Notes: a model not told the origin generated them from the letters alone. 64,000 nucleotides of DNA from an uncultured Gemmatimonadaceae bacterium (GCA_963716745.1 OY970320.1:2432001-2496000); one strand, 5' to 3'. Positions 48,347 to 62,307 are shown, counted from the stretch's first letter. Numbers and translations are program-made.

Positions 48347-49936
48347 TTAGATCGGCCGCTCGTGTACGAACAGCATCTTCACCGAGCGCCATATTCCGCT
48401 CACGTGCTGCGCGATGGTGCGGCCGTGCCAGAACCGGAGGAAGGCGTCGAGGTTCCCGGCGTGCCCGGCGCTATAGCCGAACCACCAGGGCTGCCGCCAG
48501 CCGGCGAAGCGGTCGACGATCACGCTCTTCGGACGCGTGCATTCGAGCAGTCCTTCGTCGCCGTGCGAGCTGCCGTACCCGCTCTCCTTCACGCCGCCAT
48601 GCGGCACCTCGGCGATCCCGGCGGCCACGACGCTGTCGTTCACCACCACCGTGCCCGCTTCGAGGCGTCGCGCCACACTCCGCGCGCGATCGAGATCGCG
48701 CCCCCACACGCTCGCCGACAATCCGTAGAGGCTCGCGTTCGCGAGGCGCACCGCCTCATTGGCGTCGCGCACGCGCACCACCGGCAGCAGTGGGCCGAAC
48801 GTCTCCTCCTGCAGCACCTGCATGGACGCGGCGACGTTCACGAGCACCGTTGGCGCCACGAAGTCGTCACCCGGCGACGATGCGCCCTGCGCCGCGACCG
48901 TCGCGCCGCGCGCGAGCGCATCCTCCAGTTGCCGCGTGAGGGCAGCGGCCTGCGACGGGCGGATGAGCGGCCCCATGTCCGTGTCCGTTGACGTACCCGC
49001 CCCCACCCGCAACTCACGCACGCGCGCGGCGAGCCGCTCGACGAACGCGTCATGCACCGCGCTCTCGACGAAGATCCGCTTGGGCGCCGTGCAGGTCTGT
49101 CCGGCGTTGCTGAACCGCCCCCACACGATCCCGCTCGCGGCCACATCGAGATCCGCATCGGCGAGCACGATGGCGGGATCGCTCCCGCCCAACTCCAAGG
49201 CGCACGGGATGAGGCGCGCGGCGCATGCTTGCGCCACCTTGCGCCCGGTAGTTCCGCTGCCGATGAAGAACACCTTGTCCACGCCGGCCTCGATCACCTC
49301 GGCGCCGGTGCTGCCGTCGCCGGTGAGCACCTGCACCAATCCCGGCGCGATGCCCGACGCGGCGAGCAACTCGCCGAGCAACACGCCGGTGGCCGGCGAG
49401 AACTCCGACGGCTTGAACAACACGCCGTTCCCCGCCACGATCGCCGGCAGCAGCACGCCGGCCGCGAGCATGAACGGGTAATTCCACGGCGCGATGAGTC
49501 CCACGACGCCAAAGGGCTCGTGCCGAATGGTGACCCGCTTCCGCCACATCGCGATGTTGCCGGGCGTGAGCGTGCGCGGCGCGAGCACGCGGGTCGCGCG
49601 TCGCGCGAAGAAGCGCGCGAGATCGAGCGTGACCATGATCTCGGTGGCCATCGCTTCCGCCGCGGGCTTGCCGTTCTCGCGCATGATCGCGCTCGCCACT
49701 TCCTGGCGGCGCGCGAAGAGGATGCGCCGGAAGCGCTTGGCGGCGAGCGCGCGATAGCGCAGCGGCTCGGCGGCCCAGATGCGCTGCGCTGCCCGCGCCG
49801 CGTCCATCGCCGCGCGCGCATCCGCGGCGGTGGCGGTGGGAAAGCTGCGCCACACCTCGCCCGTCGCCGGATCGCGCGACTCGGCTTTGCGCGCCGCCGC
49901 GGCGGCGCTCACAGGCGGGGTGAGCGTGGCGCTCAC
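48347..49936 (-). CDS. NAD(P)-dependent aldehyde dehydrogenase
   Basis: PWNYP, FKPSE, LELGG, NAGQTC, EETFGP and GGVKESG motifs. Confidence 0.95.
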   Translation of the reverse strand: MSATLTPPVSAAAAARKAESRDPATGEVWRSFPTATAADARAAMDAARAAQRIWAAEPLRYRALAAKRFRRILFARRQEVASAIMRENGKPAAEAMATEIMVTLDLARFFARRATRVLAPRTLTPGNIAMWRKRVTIRHEPFGVVGLIAPWNYPFMLAAGVLLPAIVAGNGVLFKPSEFSPATGVLLGELLAASGIAPGLVQVLTGDGSTGAEVIEAGVDKVFFIGSGTTGRKVAQACAARLIPCALELGGSDPAIVLADADLDVAASGIVWGRFSNAGQTCTAPKRIFVESAVHDAFVERLAARVRELRVGAGTSTDTDMGPLIRPSQAAALTRQLEDALARGATVAAQGASSPGDDFVAPTVLVNVAASMQVLQEETFGPLLPVVRVRDANEAVRLANASLYGLSASVWGRDLDRARSVARRLEAGTVVVNDSVVAAGIAEVPHGGVKESGYGSSHGDEGLLECTRPKSVIVDRFAGWRQPWWFGYSAGHAGNLDAFLRFWHGRTIAQHVSGIWRSVKMLFVHERPI

Positions 49937-52084
49937 GGCGTGGTGGGTTTCATCCCGAGATTGGCCACGGCGAACGCAAGCTCGTCGGCGGTCACGTCGA
50001 GCACCTTGTCGAGCGGCTTGCCGCCGCCGTGCCCCGCCTTCGTCTCCACGCGGATCAGGATCGGCGCGGGCCCCGCCTGCGCGGCCTGCAACGTGGCTGC
50101 GAACTTGAACGAGTGGCCCGGCACCACGCGGTCATCGTGATCGCCGGTGGTGACGAGCGTCGCGGGATACTTCGTGCCCGGGCGGATGTTCTGCAGCGGC
50201 GAGTACTTGATGAGGTACTCGAACTGCGCGGGATCATCCGACGATCCGTATTCGACCTTCCACCCCCATCCCGCCGTGAACTTCTGGTAGCGCAGCATGT
50301 CCATCACGCCGACGGCCGGCAGCGCGACGCCGAAGAGGTCCGGTCGCTGCGTCATCACCGCGCCCACGAGCAGGCCGCCGTTCGAGCCGCCCTGGATCGC
50401 GAGCTTCGCCGGCTCGGTGTACTTCTGGTCGATCAGATACTGCGCCGCGCCAATGAAATCGTCGAACACGTTCTGTTTCTTCTCGAACATCGCGGCCTGG
50501 TGCCACGTCTCACCGAACTCGCTCCCGCCGCGGATATTCGCGACGGCGTAGATGCCGCCGAGTTCGAGCCACATGATGCGGTTGGCTGAGAACGTGGGCA
50601 GCGACGGGAGGTTGAAGCCGCCGTAACCGTAGAGCAGGGTGGGATTCTGCCCGTTGAGCAAGAGGCCTTTGCGCGCGGTGATGAACATCGGCACGCGCGT
50701 GCCGTCCTTGCTCTTGTAGAACACCTGGCGCGTCTCGTACTTGCTCGGATCGAAGGTGAGCTTCGGCTCGAAGAACACCGACGACGTCTTCTTCTCGAGA
50801 TCGTAGCGGAACACCGTGGGCGGCTGCAGGAAGGACGTGAAGCTGTAGAGGAGCTCCGGCTCGTCGGGCTGCCCTGACAGCGCGCCGATGGTTCCGATCC
50901 CGGGCAGCGCGAGTTCGGCCACCGAGCGGCCGTTCGCATTGAAGAGGCGGAGCACCGAGTGCGCGTTGTGCAGGTAGTCCACCACGAGGTGGCCGCCGAT
51001 CAGCTCGACATCCTGGATCTTGTCCTCACTCTCGGGCACGAGCACGCGCGGCGCGAGACGGCGCCCCTGGTCCACATCGGCGAGCACGATCCGGCCGCGT
51101 GGTGCGTTGAGGTCGGTCTCGACGAAGAAGAAATCGCCGGCGTTGTCGATGAAACGGTACCGCGCATCGAACTTGTCGATGATCTTCACGATCGGATTGT
51201 GGATGTTCGGACTGCCCGGATCATCCAGATCCATGAAGTAGAGCCGGTTCTTCGGACTCGTCCCTTCGGTGATCGTCATGATCAGGAACTGCCCGATCAT
51301 CGTTCACCTCGCCGCGCACGTACCACTCCGGCTGATCGGGGCGCTCCCAGATCTTCACGTCCTTCGATTGCGGATCGCCCAGTTTGTGGTAGTAGAGTTT
51401 CTGTCCCTTGCTCGTCGCGAGCAGGGCGCTGTCGGCGTTCGGCTCGGCGTATCGTGAGTAGAAGAAGCCGCGGTTGTCCTTGGTCCACGAGATGCCGCTG
51501 AACTTCGCCCAGCGTACCGTGTCCTTGAGATCCTTGCCCGACTCGACGTCGCGCACGCGGATCTCTTGCCAGTCGGAGCCGCTCACGTTCACGGCGTAGC
51601 CGAGGTAGCGGGCGTCGCGGCTGGGCGCCCAGGCGCTGAGGGCCACCGTGCCGTCGGATGAGAGCATGTTGGGATCGAGGATGATCTTCTTCTCGCCATT
51701 CGACACGCGCTGCGCGTAGATCACGGATTGGTTCTGCAGGCCCGTGTTGTACGCGTAGAAGTAGGTCTTCAGCCGGCGGATGGGCACGTACGCGCGCGCA
51801 TAGTTCCAGAGCGTATCGAGACGCTGGCGGATCGCTGTACGTTCGGGGATCCCGGCGAGATACGAGAAGGTGAGCGCGTTCTCGGCGACGATCCAATCGC
51901 GCGTCTCGGGATCGTTCGTGTTCTCGAGCCACCGGTAGGGATCGGCGACCTGGGTGCCGAAGTAATCATCGACCTGCCCACTCTTGCGTGTCTCGGGATA
52001 CTTGAGCGGAGCCTGCGCGGGGAGCGCGAGCGTGGCCGCGGCGAGGACGAGCAGGGAGGGGCGGGTAAGCGTTGCGAGTCGCAT
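49933..52084 (-). CDS. Prolyl oligopeptidase (S9A) with signal peptide; frameshift near 51295
   Basis: VADPYRWLE, GYGGF, GGSNGGLL, HDDRV and AGHG motifs. Confidence 0.93.
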
Positions 52085-52262
52085 AGTCACGGTGCGAAAG
52101 GGTCCGATCAGGGAGCGGGGAAGCTCCCCGTGCAGAATCTACACCGCAAAATCCAGAACGGCGTGCGTGGAACCCCGAACTCCGTCATTGGTCCCCTTCC
52201 GGTTTCGCCCATCGCGCGCGAGAATCTGCCACGATCTTGACCCTCACCGCCTGGTGCCCGAT

Positions 52263-53589
52263 ATGATGTTGTTCCGGAGTTCCATGGTGCTCCTCGTGCT
52301 GTCCGCGCTCGCGCTCGGAGCCTCATCGAGCGCTACACAATCCACCGGCACCATCGTCGCACTCCCCGCACCGCCGGCTGCCGCGAGCGGCGCGTCGGGC
52401 TCCATCGATGTCGCGGCGGCGACGCGCGCGTATCTCGACGTGCTCACGCCGGAGCAGAAGGCGAAGTCCGACGCGTACTTCGAGGGCGGCTACTGGCTGA
52501 TCCTGTGGGGATTCCTCTGGACCTCGGCGATCTATGTGCTGCTCCTGCAGACCGGCGTGTCGGCGCGGATGCGCGATAGCGCCGAGCGGACGACCTCGTT
52601 CAAGCCGCTGCAGACGATCCTGTACTGGGCGATGTTCGTAGTGGTGCTCGACGTGCTGTCGCTCCCGTTCGACATGTACCAGGACTATTTCCGCGAGCAT
52701 CAGTACAGCATGTCGAATCTGACCATGGCCGGCTGGTTCGGCGACCAGCTCAAGGGATTCCTGCTCGCGCTATTCCTGCGTCGCCATCGCGGTGGTGGCG
52801 TTGTACGGCATCGTGCGCCGCATTCCCCGCACGTGGTGGGTGTGGGGCAGCATCGCCGCGGTCGCATTCTTGGCATTCGGCGCCGTGATCGTGCCGGTGG
52901 TGATCTCGCCGATCTTCAATACTCCCACGCGTCTCGCCGACGAGCGCGTCGTACAGCCGATCCTCACGCTCGCGCGCGCGAATGGCATCGACGCGAAGGA
53001 AGTTTGGCAGATCGATGCGTCCAAACAGACCAAGCGCATGAGCGCGAACGTGAGCGGCCTGCTCGGCACCGAACGCATCACATTGAACGACAACCTCCTG
53101 GCCCGCGCATCGCTCCCCGAGATCGAGGCCGTGATGGGCCACGAGATGGGGCACTACGTGCTCAATCACGTCTACAAGGGATTGATGGAGATCGGGATCA
53201 TCCTCGTGCTCGGCTTCGCGCTCGTGAACCTCTTCTTCGAGCGGCTGCGCGTGCGCTACGAGGCGAAGTGGCAGGTGCGCGGAATTGGCGATGTCGCGGG
53301 GCTGCCGCTCGTGGCGCTCCTCTTCGGCGCCTACTTCTTCGTGATGACGCCGGTGCTCAATTCAGTGGTGCGCACGCAGGAATACGAAGCCGACATGTTC
53401 GGCCTCAACGCCTCGCGCCAACCCGACGGCTTCGCGCAGGCGGCGCTCCACCTGTCGGAATACCGGAAAATGGAACCGGGGACGCTCGAGGAGATCATCT
53501 TCTACGATCACCCGAGCGGGCGCACGCGGATACATAGCGCGATGCGCTGGAAAGCAGAACATCCTGAAACGTGGACGACGATGAAATAG
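52263..53589 (+). CDS. M48 (Ste24-like) membrane metallopeptidase; frameshift near 52780
   Basis: ANVSG, VMGHEMGH, EYEAD and YDHPS motifs; N-terminal TM helices. Confidence 0.9.
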
Positions 53590-53592
53590 CTA

Positions 53593-53709
53593 GTAGAACC
53601 GCGAACGGCGGGACTGGTACCGCTGACGGCGGGATTAGCGTTGGGGAGAGCTGAAATCCAACGCTAATCCCGCCTCCAGCGGTGCCAGCCCCGCCCTCAG
53701 CGGTGCTAC
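53593..53709. repeat. GTAG-flanked long hairpin (52-nt arms, 13-nt loop) with 21-nt internal periodicity, between convergent genes
   Basis: gtagaaccgcgaacggcgggactggtaccgctgacggcgggattagcgttgg pairs with ccaacgctaatcccgcc...gcggtgctac. Confidence 0.8.
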
Positions 53710-53718
53710 GCACGCAGT

Positions 53719-55005
<1,287 letters not shown>

Positions 55006-55015
55006 GTGATCCTTG

Positions 55016-56303
55016 TCAGGAGACTTTGCGCGTCTTGCGGCGCAGGAAGTCCATCAGGATGAACTGGCCGAGCGTCATGGTATTGGTGAAGTACGCCTTG
55101 CCGCGCGCGATCTGCGACACGCGCTTCACGAACTCCACGAGCGCGCGGTCGCGCGCGAGCATGAAGGTGTTGATCACGATGCCGGCGCGCCGGCAATCGG
55201 CCACCTCGCGCAGCGTCTGCGCCATCACCATCGCGTCGAGTCCCATCGAGTTCTTGTAGATCATCCCGTTGGGCATCGTGACCGCGCTCGGCTTGCCGTC
55301 GGTGATCATCACGATCTGCCGCATGTCCTTCTTCTGCGCGAGCAGAATGCGCCGCGCGAGCTTGAGCCCTTCGGCGGTGTTCGTGTGGTACGGTCCCACC
55401 TGCGCGTGCGCGAGGCGCGCGATCGGGATCTCCTCCGCCGAGTCGTGGAAGAGCACTACGCGCAGCGAGTCGCCGGGGAACTGCGTGCGGATCAGATGCG
55501 TGAGCGCGAGCGCGACCTTCTTGGCCGGGGTGAACCGATCCTCGCCATACAGGATCATCGAGTGCGAGGTGTCGAGCATGAGCACCGTGGCGCAGCTCGA
55601 GCGGTACTCGGCTTGGTGCACCATCAGATCGCCGTAGTCGAGGTCGAGCGGGATGCCGAGCGAGCCCGTGCGCGCGAGCGCGTTCTGCAGCGTCGCCGCG
55701 ACATCGAGGTTCATCGTGTCGCCGAACTCGTACGGTTTGCTCCACGCGTCCGACTCGATGCCGGTGGCGAGATACGGCGTGTCGTGACTGCCGAACGACG
55801 ATTTCCCGAGCGAGCCGAGCAGCGAGCGCAGCGTCTTGAAGCCGAGGAAGTCGATGCCTTTTTCGGTGAGCTGGAACTGCACGTCGCGCGAGGCAGCATG
55901 GGCGAGTCCGCCGGCGCCGGTCACCTGTTGGTGGCCCGATGGCACCTGCGGCGGCGCCTGCATGTTGAGGAAGCCCTCGCTCACGAGGCGCTGGATGATC
56001 TCGTCGAGCAGCTTCGCGAGGCGGGCGGCGCTCTCGCCCTCATCGTCGCCGTCGCCGCGAAGGGCGTCGAGCATCTCGGGGGTGAACTGCCCGCTGTCCA
56101 TGAGCGCCTGCAGGATCGCCTGGCGCAACGCATTCGAGCGAGCGGTCCGCGCCGTCCTCCATCGGATCGCCCCAAGGACTCGGCGGCCCGCCGCCCGCGA
56201 AGCCGGACTGCAGCAGGAAATCCGCGAGCTGGTCGAGCAGCGACTGCAGGTCGACGGCGTCCGCGTGCGCGGGAGAGAATTTATTGTAGCTGTGTTCGCG
56301 CAC
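55016..56303 (-). CDS. VWA-domain protein; frameshift near 56135
   Basis: MIDAS motif DTSHSM, HTNT and MITDGKP. The N-terminus (from GTG 56303) is in the frame of ORF 56040-56471. Confidence 0.85.
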
Positions 56304-56304
56304 G

Positions 56305-57756
<1,452 letters not shown>

Positions 57757-57876
57757 GAGACGGCTCCGGAGCGGCGGGACGGGGGAGATTCAGATTACTC
57801 CGGATGCACGGCGCCGCGCTAGAGGAATCCGGCTCTCGCGCATTGACACCGCCGTTTCGCACCGGGAACGTAGGGC

Positions 57877-58368
57877 ATGGACGACACCGCCCTGTACGTC
57901 ACTTCGGCCCACGAGATCGGCTGGGGGCTGCTGCTGGTGGCGGTCTCCCTGAGCATGCACGCGATTGGGATGATCTCGACGCTCCGCTTCCACGGCGCCT
58001 ACCGGGATCGCTACGACAAGGTGCCCACGCTCGCGAAGGGGATCGTGGGACTCATCCTCGCGAGCTGGATGATCCTGGCCGTGCATCTATCCGAGGTGCT
58101 CGTGTGGTCGCTGTTCTTCCAGTGGCAACACTGCTTCCCGAACCTCAGCATCGCCATGTACTTCGCGCTCGACGAGTACACGACTGTCGGGAGTCCGCTC
58201 GACCTGCCGAACGAGTGGCGGCTGCTGGAGGGCATGATCGCGACCGCGGGCCTGCTCGGCTTCGCCTGGAGCACCGGCGTGCTGCTCACGCTGGCCTCGA
58301 CGTTCCAGGAGAACCAACTCAAGCGCCTCACCGCGCGGCACGATCACGCGGATCCGCCGTCGTCGTAG
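57877..58368 (+). CDS. Small K+-channel-like (Ion_trans_2) membrane protein with atypical filter
   Basis: TM helices with pore segment AMYFALDEYTTVGSP followed by WRLL. Confidence 0.65.
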   Translation: MDDTALYVTSAHEIGWGLLLVAVSLSMHAIGMISTLRFHGAYRDRYDKVPTLAKGIVGLILASWMILAVHLSEVLVWSLFFQWQHCFPNLSIAMYFALDEYTTVGSPLDLPNEWRLLEGMIATAGLLGFAWSTGVLLTLASTFQENQLKRLTARHDHADPPSS

Positions 58369-58370
58369 GC

Positions 58371-58527
58371 TATGTCGCCCCGCCGGTCGCGGCGCCATCC
58401 CGGCTCCGGCGCCCACGCGCTTACACGCTTCGAGCCTCGCGGCTGGACAGCGCCGCGAGGCTCGAAGCGTGTAAGCGCGAGCGCCGACCCGGAGCGTGTG
58501 CGGCGCCCGCCGGACTCGGGCGATATG
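58371..58527. repeat. About 157-bp hairpin with a perfect 28-bp inner stem, between convergent genes
   Basis: cgcgcttacacgcttcgagcctcgcggc (58416-58443) is the exact reverse complement of 58452-58479; imperfect outer pairing. Confidence 0.85.
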
Positions 58528-58560
58528 CAGTCCACGCCACGCACCACTCGCGCCCGCGGT

Positions 58561-60673
58561 TCAGTCCGCCAGGCTCACTTCCACGAGATTGTCGTAGAAC
58601 ACCGGACCGTGGCCAAGGTCGGTCTCCTGCTGCGACGTGGTTTGGTTCGCGTTCCGTCCATCCAGCGCGTACTTCCCCCACCAGATGCTCGGCGCCCACA
58701 CGGTGGCCGTGCGCACCGCGTCCGATACTTTGGCCGTCGCGACGAACTCTCCGCGGTCGTTGTGCACGCGCACCCGCACGCCCGTCGCGATCTCGCGCGG
58801 CGCCGCGTCGTCGGGATGGATCATGAGCTCCGGCTCGCGCGCCGCCCGGCGGAGCACGTCCACGTTCACGAACGTCGTGTTCAGGAACTGATGCGCCGGT
58901 GAGCTCACCAGCGTCAGCGGGAACCGCTCGGCCAACTCCGGCACCGCCTCGGGGAACTCGCGCGGCGCCGTGAAGTCGGGAAGGGCGTCGAATCCCAGTT
59001 CCACCATGCGCTCGGACTTGAACTCACACTTGCCGCTCGGCGTCAGGAACTTCCCGTCGGCGAAGGGCAGGTACGGCTTGGGCACGTTCAGCCGCGCCCA
59101 TCCCTTCTCGAGCAGCTTCTCGAACGTGACGCCTTTCAGCTTGTCCTTGCCGCTCGCGAGCGCCTGACGGATGAGCGTCACGTCGTCGTCGCGCATCGCG
59201 GCGTGCGTGATGCCGAGCTTCGCGGCGATGCAGCCGGAAGATCTCGCTGTTCGGCTTGCTCTCGCCGATGGGCGGGATCGCCGGCCGGTTCAGCGTCACG
59301 TAGTGATGCCCGTACGAGAGATGCACGTCCCAGTGCTCGAGCTGCGTCGTCGCGGGCAACACGATGTCCGCCCAATCCGCGGTGTCGGTCTGGAAATGCT
59401 CGAGCACGACGGTGAACAGGTCCTCGCGCGCGAGGCCGCGCAGCACCTCGTTGCGATCGGGCGCGACGGCGGCCGGATTCGAGTTGTACACGACGAGCGC
59501 CTTCACCGGCGGGCCGCCCACGCCCGCGTCGGGGCGCGTGAGCGCTTCGCCGAGGCGGATCATGTTGATCGTGCGCACCGGCGGCGAGAGCGCGGGCCGT
59601 TCGAGCGCCGCCTTGTCGAACTCGAAGTTCGCGCTCGAACTCAGCTGCACGCCGCCGCCGGCGCGCCGCCAGTGACCGGTCACAGCGGGCAGGCACGCGA
59701 TGGTGCGCACCGCCATGCCGCCGCCATAGTGGCGCTGCAAGCCGTAGTTCACGCGGATGAACGCCGCTTTCGCCCGGCCGTAACGCTGCCCGAGGGACAC
59801 GATCGTCTCGACATCGATGCCCGTGATCGCGGCGGCGCGCTCCGGCGTCCACTCCGCGGCGCGCGCGCGCATCTCATCGGCGCCGAGCGTGTGTTGCGCC
59901 AGGAACTCATCGTCCTGCAAGCCCTCGGCGTACACCACGTGCATCATCGCGAGCGCGAGCGCCGCGTCGGTGCCGGGACGGATCCCGATCCACGCGTCGC
60001 ATTGCTCGGCGGTGCGCGTACGCAGCGGGTCGATCGCGATCACGAGCGCGCCCTTCTTGCGCGCCTCGAGCACGAACGGCCAAAGATGCGGGTTCGCGGT
60101 GAGCGTGTTGGTGCCCCAGAGCAGCACGAGGTCGCTCTCGGGGATCCCTTCCGGATCGGCGCCAATATTGGCCCCGACGGTCATGCGCATGCCCACCGTG
60201 CCGGCCATCGAACAGATGGTGCGGTCGAGCTTGGACGCGCCAAGCAGATGGAAGAAGCGGCGGTCGATGGAGTTCCCTTGCACGATGCCCATCGTGCCGG
60301 CGTACGAGTAGGGCAGGATGGCTTGCGGTCCGTCGGCGGAGCGGATCACGTCGCCGAGCCGCTTCGCGATCGTCGCGAGCGCATCGTCCCACGTGGTCGG
60401 CTCGAAGCGCCCCGATCCCTTCGCCCCGGTGCGCTTGAGCGGCGTCGTGAGCCGCTCGGCGTGGTACGTCCGGTCGACGTAGCGGTTCACCTTGGCGCAC
60501 AGGAAGCCCGAGGTGAACGGATGGTCGGGGTCGCCGGTGACTCTCACGGCCTGCCCATGCTCGACCGTCACCAACATGGCGCAGGTGTCGGGGCAGTCGT
60601 GGGGGCAGGCGGCGCGGACGACGCCCGAATCGGGGGGCGGGGCGTACGGATCGAGGACGACGGAGCTGGCCAT
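58561..60673 (-). CDS. DMSO-reductase-family (MopB) molybdopterin oxidoreductase with N-terminal Fe-S motif; frameshift near 59230
   Basis: CPHDCPDTC...[35 protein letters not shown] motifs and a C-terminal dinucleotide-binding domain. No Tat signal seen. Confidence 0.9.
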
Positions 60674-60887
60674 GGTGCCCGGAAGCGGGATCGCGTGTGG
60701 AACGGGTCGCCTTTCATACTATCGAGGTGTAGTGCCGGCGGCCACCCGGTGCGCCATAGCGGCACATTCGCATGGTCGTGCTTGCGTAACCGTCAGGAAT
60801 AGTTGAGATTACACTGTTGCCCCGGATTGCTTTTCGGTCTGCCATCCGGAGCGATGTCGAGGCCACCGCGCCAAGCGGCGAAGTGTC

Positions 60888-60915
60888 TTGACAGCTACCC
60901 CCGTTCGCGTAGTAT
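60888..60915 (+). promoter_or_regulatory. Sigma70-like promoter TTGACA-N16-TAGTAT
   Basis: Perfect -35 box about 110 nt upstream of the Met-rich lipoprotein gene. Confidence 0.55.
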
Positions 60916-61000
60916 TCGAGCCGATTGTTCCCGGCATTGCAGCGTGCGTGCTCGGAAAGTAGTTCGAAGCTGGTTCCGCCCCCTCTCCAGGAGAAGTCTC

Positions 61001-61240
61001 ATGAAGCGCGTTGCCGTTATCGCTGCGGTGTTGGCTGTTGCCGCGTGCAAAGGAAAGGAAGCTCCGTCGATCGACTCCATCCCGAAGATGGCCCCCGCGG
61101 CCGCCGCGACGATGGACAGTGGCATGAAGAAGATGGACACCGCCATGAAGAAGATGGACACCGCGATGAAGATGGCCGACACGGCCAAGAAGATGATGTC
61201 GAAGTCCGCTCCGACGCCGCCGCCGGCGAAGAAGCCGTAA
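61001..61240 (+). CDS. Small methionine-rich lipoprotein with MKKMDTA heptad repeats
   Basis: AGGAGA RBS; MKRVAVIAAVLAVAAC lipobox; 10 Met in about 40 mature residues; own terminator. Confidence 0.8.
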   Translation: MKRVAVIAAVLAVAACKGKEAPSIDSIPKMAPAAAATMDSGMKKMDTAMKKMDTAMKMADTAKKMMSKSAPTPPPAKKP

Positions 61241-61263
61241 CGGTTCGGTTCCTCAGTAATTCG

Positions 61264-61300
61264 AAGGGCGCAGCGATCGTCGCTGCGCCCTTGTTATTTT
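61264..61300 (+). terminator. Intrinsic terminator
   Basis: aagggcgcagcga-tcg-tcgctgcgccctt-gttatttt. Confidence 0.75.
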
Positions 61301-62307
61301 CCGGCGGCGCGGCGTCGCTCTTTCCACCAGCGGAACGCTTCCGGCACTCCCACCTCGGGGCGCACGGGCGGTGCCCATCCCAGTTCCCGGCGTGCGCGCT
61401 CGGAGCTGAACGGATTGTCGCGGCTGAGGAAATCGAGTGCGCTGAGGAGGTCATGCGCCAGCGTGTTACGGTTCGCCATACGCAGCCCCGCCGCGGCAGT
61501 GCGGAAACCGGCGCGTGCGAGAGCGAGCGGCACCGGGATGCGCGCCACATGCCGCCCGAGCCCGATCGCGGCCAGCCGCACGAATTCGTCCGCGGTCACG
61601 TCGAAATCGTTCGCGAGATTGTAGGCGCGCCCGCCGGCGGCCGGCGTTCCGGCGGCGCGCAACGCGCCGTCCGCCACACTCGCGGCGTGCACGATGGCCA
61701 TCACCGCGCGGCCGCCGCCGAACACCGGGAAATAACCGCGCTTCATGATGCGCGCGGCGCGAGGCACGAACTGGCGGTCGTAGCGCCCGTAGATCACGTC
61801 GGGGCGCACGGCGCAGCCCCAGATGTGGCCGGCCGCATGCGCATTGAGCACGAGGGAGTCGGCTTCGCGCTTGCTGCGCGCGTAGTGCGCGCCCTCAGTG
61901 AGTGGTGCGAGCGGCGTGTCCTCGTCGGTGGGCGTATCGCGATAGCGCGCCGCGCCGCCATACACCGCGACGCTGCTAATGTGCACGAGCCTCGCCTTGC
62001 TCGATTCCGCCGCGGCGATCGCGTTGCGGGTGCCCTCCACGTTGGCGGCGTCGAACAGCGGCCAACCGCCGTCCGACGTCACGAGCGCTGCCGCGTGGAA
62101 GATCGCGTCGCATCCGTCGGCCGCTGCGGCGAGGCGCGCGCGGTCCATGATGTCGCCGCCGATGAGCGTCGCGCCCAGCGGCTCGAGCCACGCTGCACGC
62201 GCGGGCGCCCGCACGAGGGCGCGCACATGCCAGCCGTCGGCCGCGAGTCGTTCTACGAGATAGGCGCCCACCTGGCCGGTGGCGCCGGTGACCAGCGCGC
62301 GCCGCAC
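61294..62307 (-). CDS. NAD-dependent epimerase/dehydratase (extended SDR)
   Basis: ALVTGATGQVG, NVEGT, HISSVAVYG and YARSK motifs. Confidence 0.9.
   Translation of the reverse strand: MRRALVTGATGQVGAYLVERLAADGWHVRALVRAPARAAWLEPLGATLIGGDIMDRARLAAAADGCDAIFHAAALVTSDGGWPLFDAANVEGTRNAIAAAESSKARLVHISSVAVYGGAARYRDTPTDEDTPLAPLTEGAHYARSKREADSLVLNAHAAGHIWGCAVRPDVIYGRYDRQFVPRAARIMKRGYFPVFGGGRAVMAIVHAASVADGALRAAGTPAAGGRAYNLANDFDVTADEFVRLAAIGLGRHVARIPVPLALARAGFRTAAAGLRMANRNTLAHDLLSALDFLSRDNPFSSERARRELGWAPPVRPEVGVPEAFRWWKERRRAAGK

Noticed and set aside
60674..61000. Riboswitch or sRNA in the 330-bp divergent intergenic region
   Set aside because: Only a weak hairpin and promoter-like boxes; no recognisable aptamer consensus by eye. 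A cmscan would be needed.
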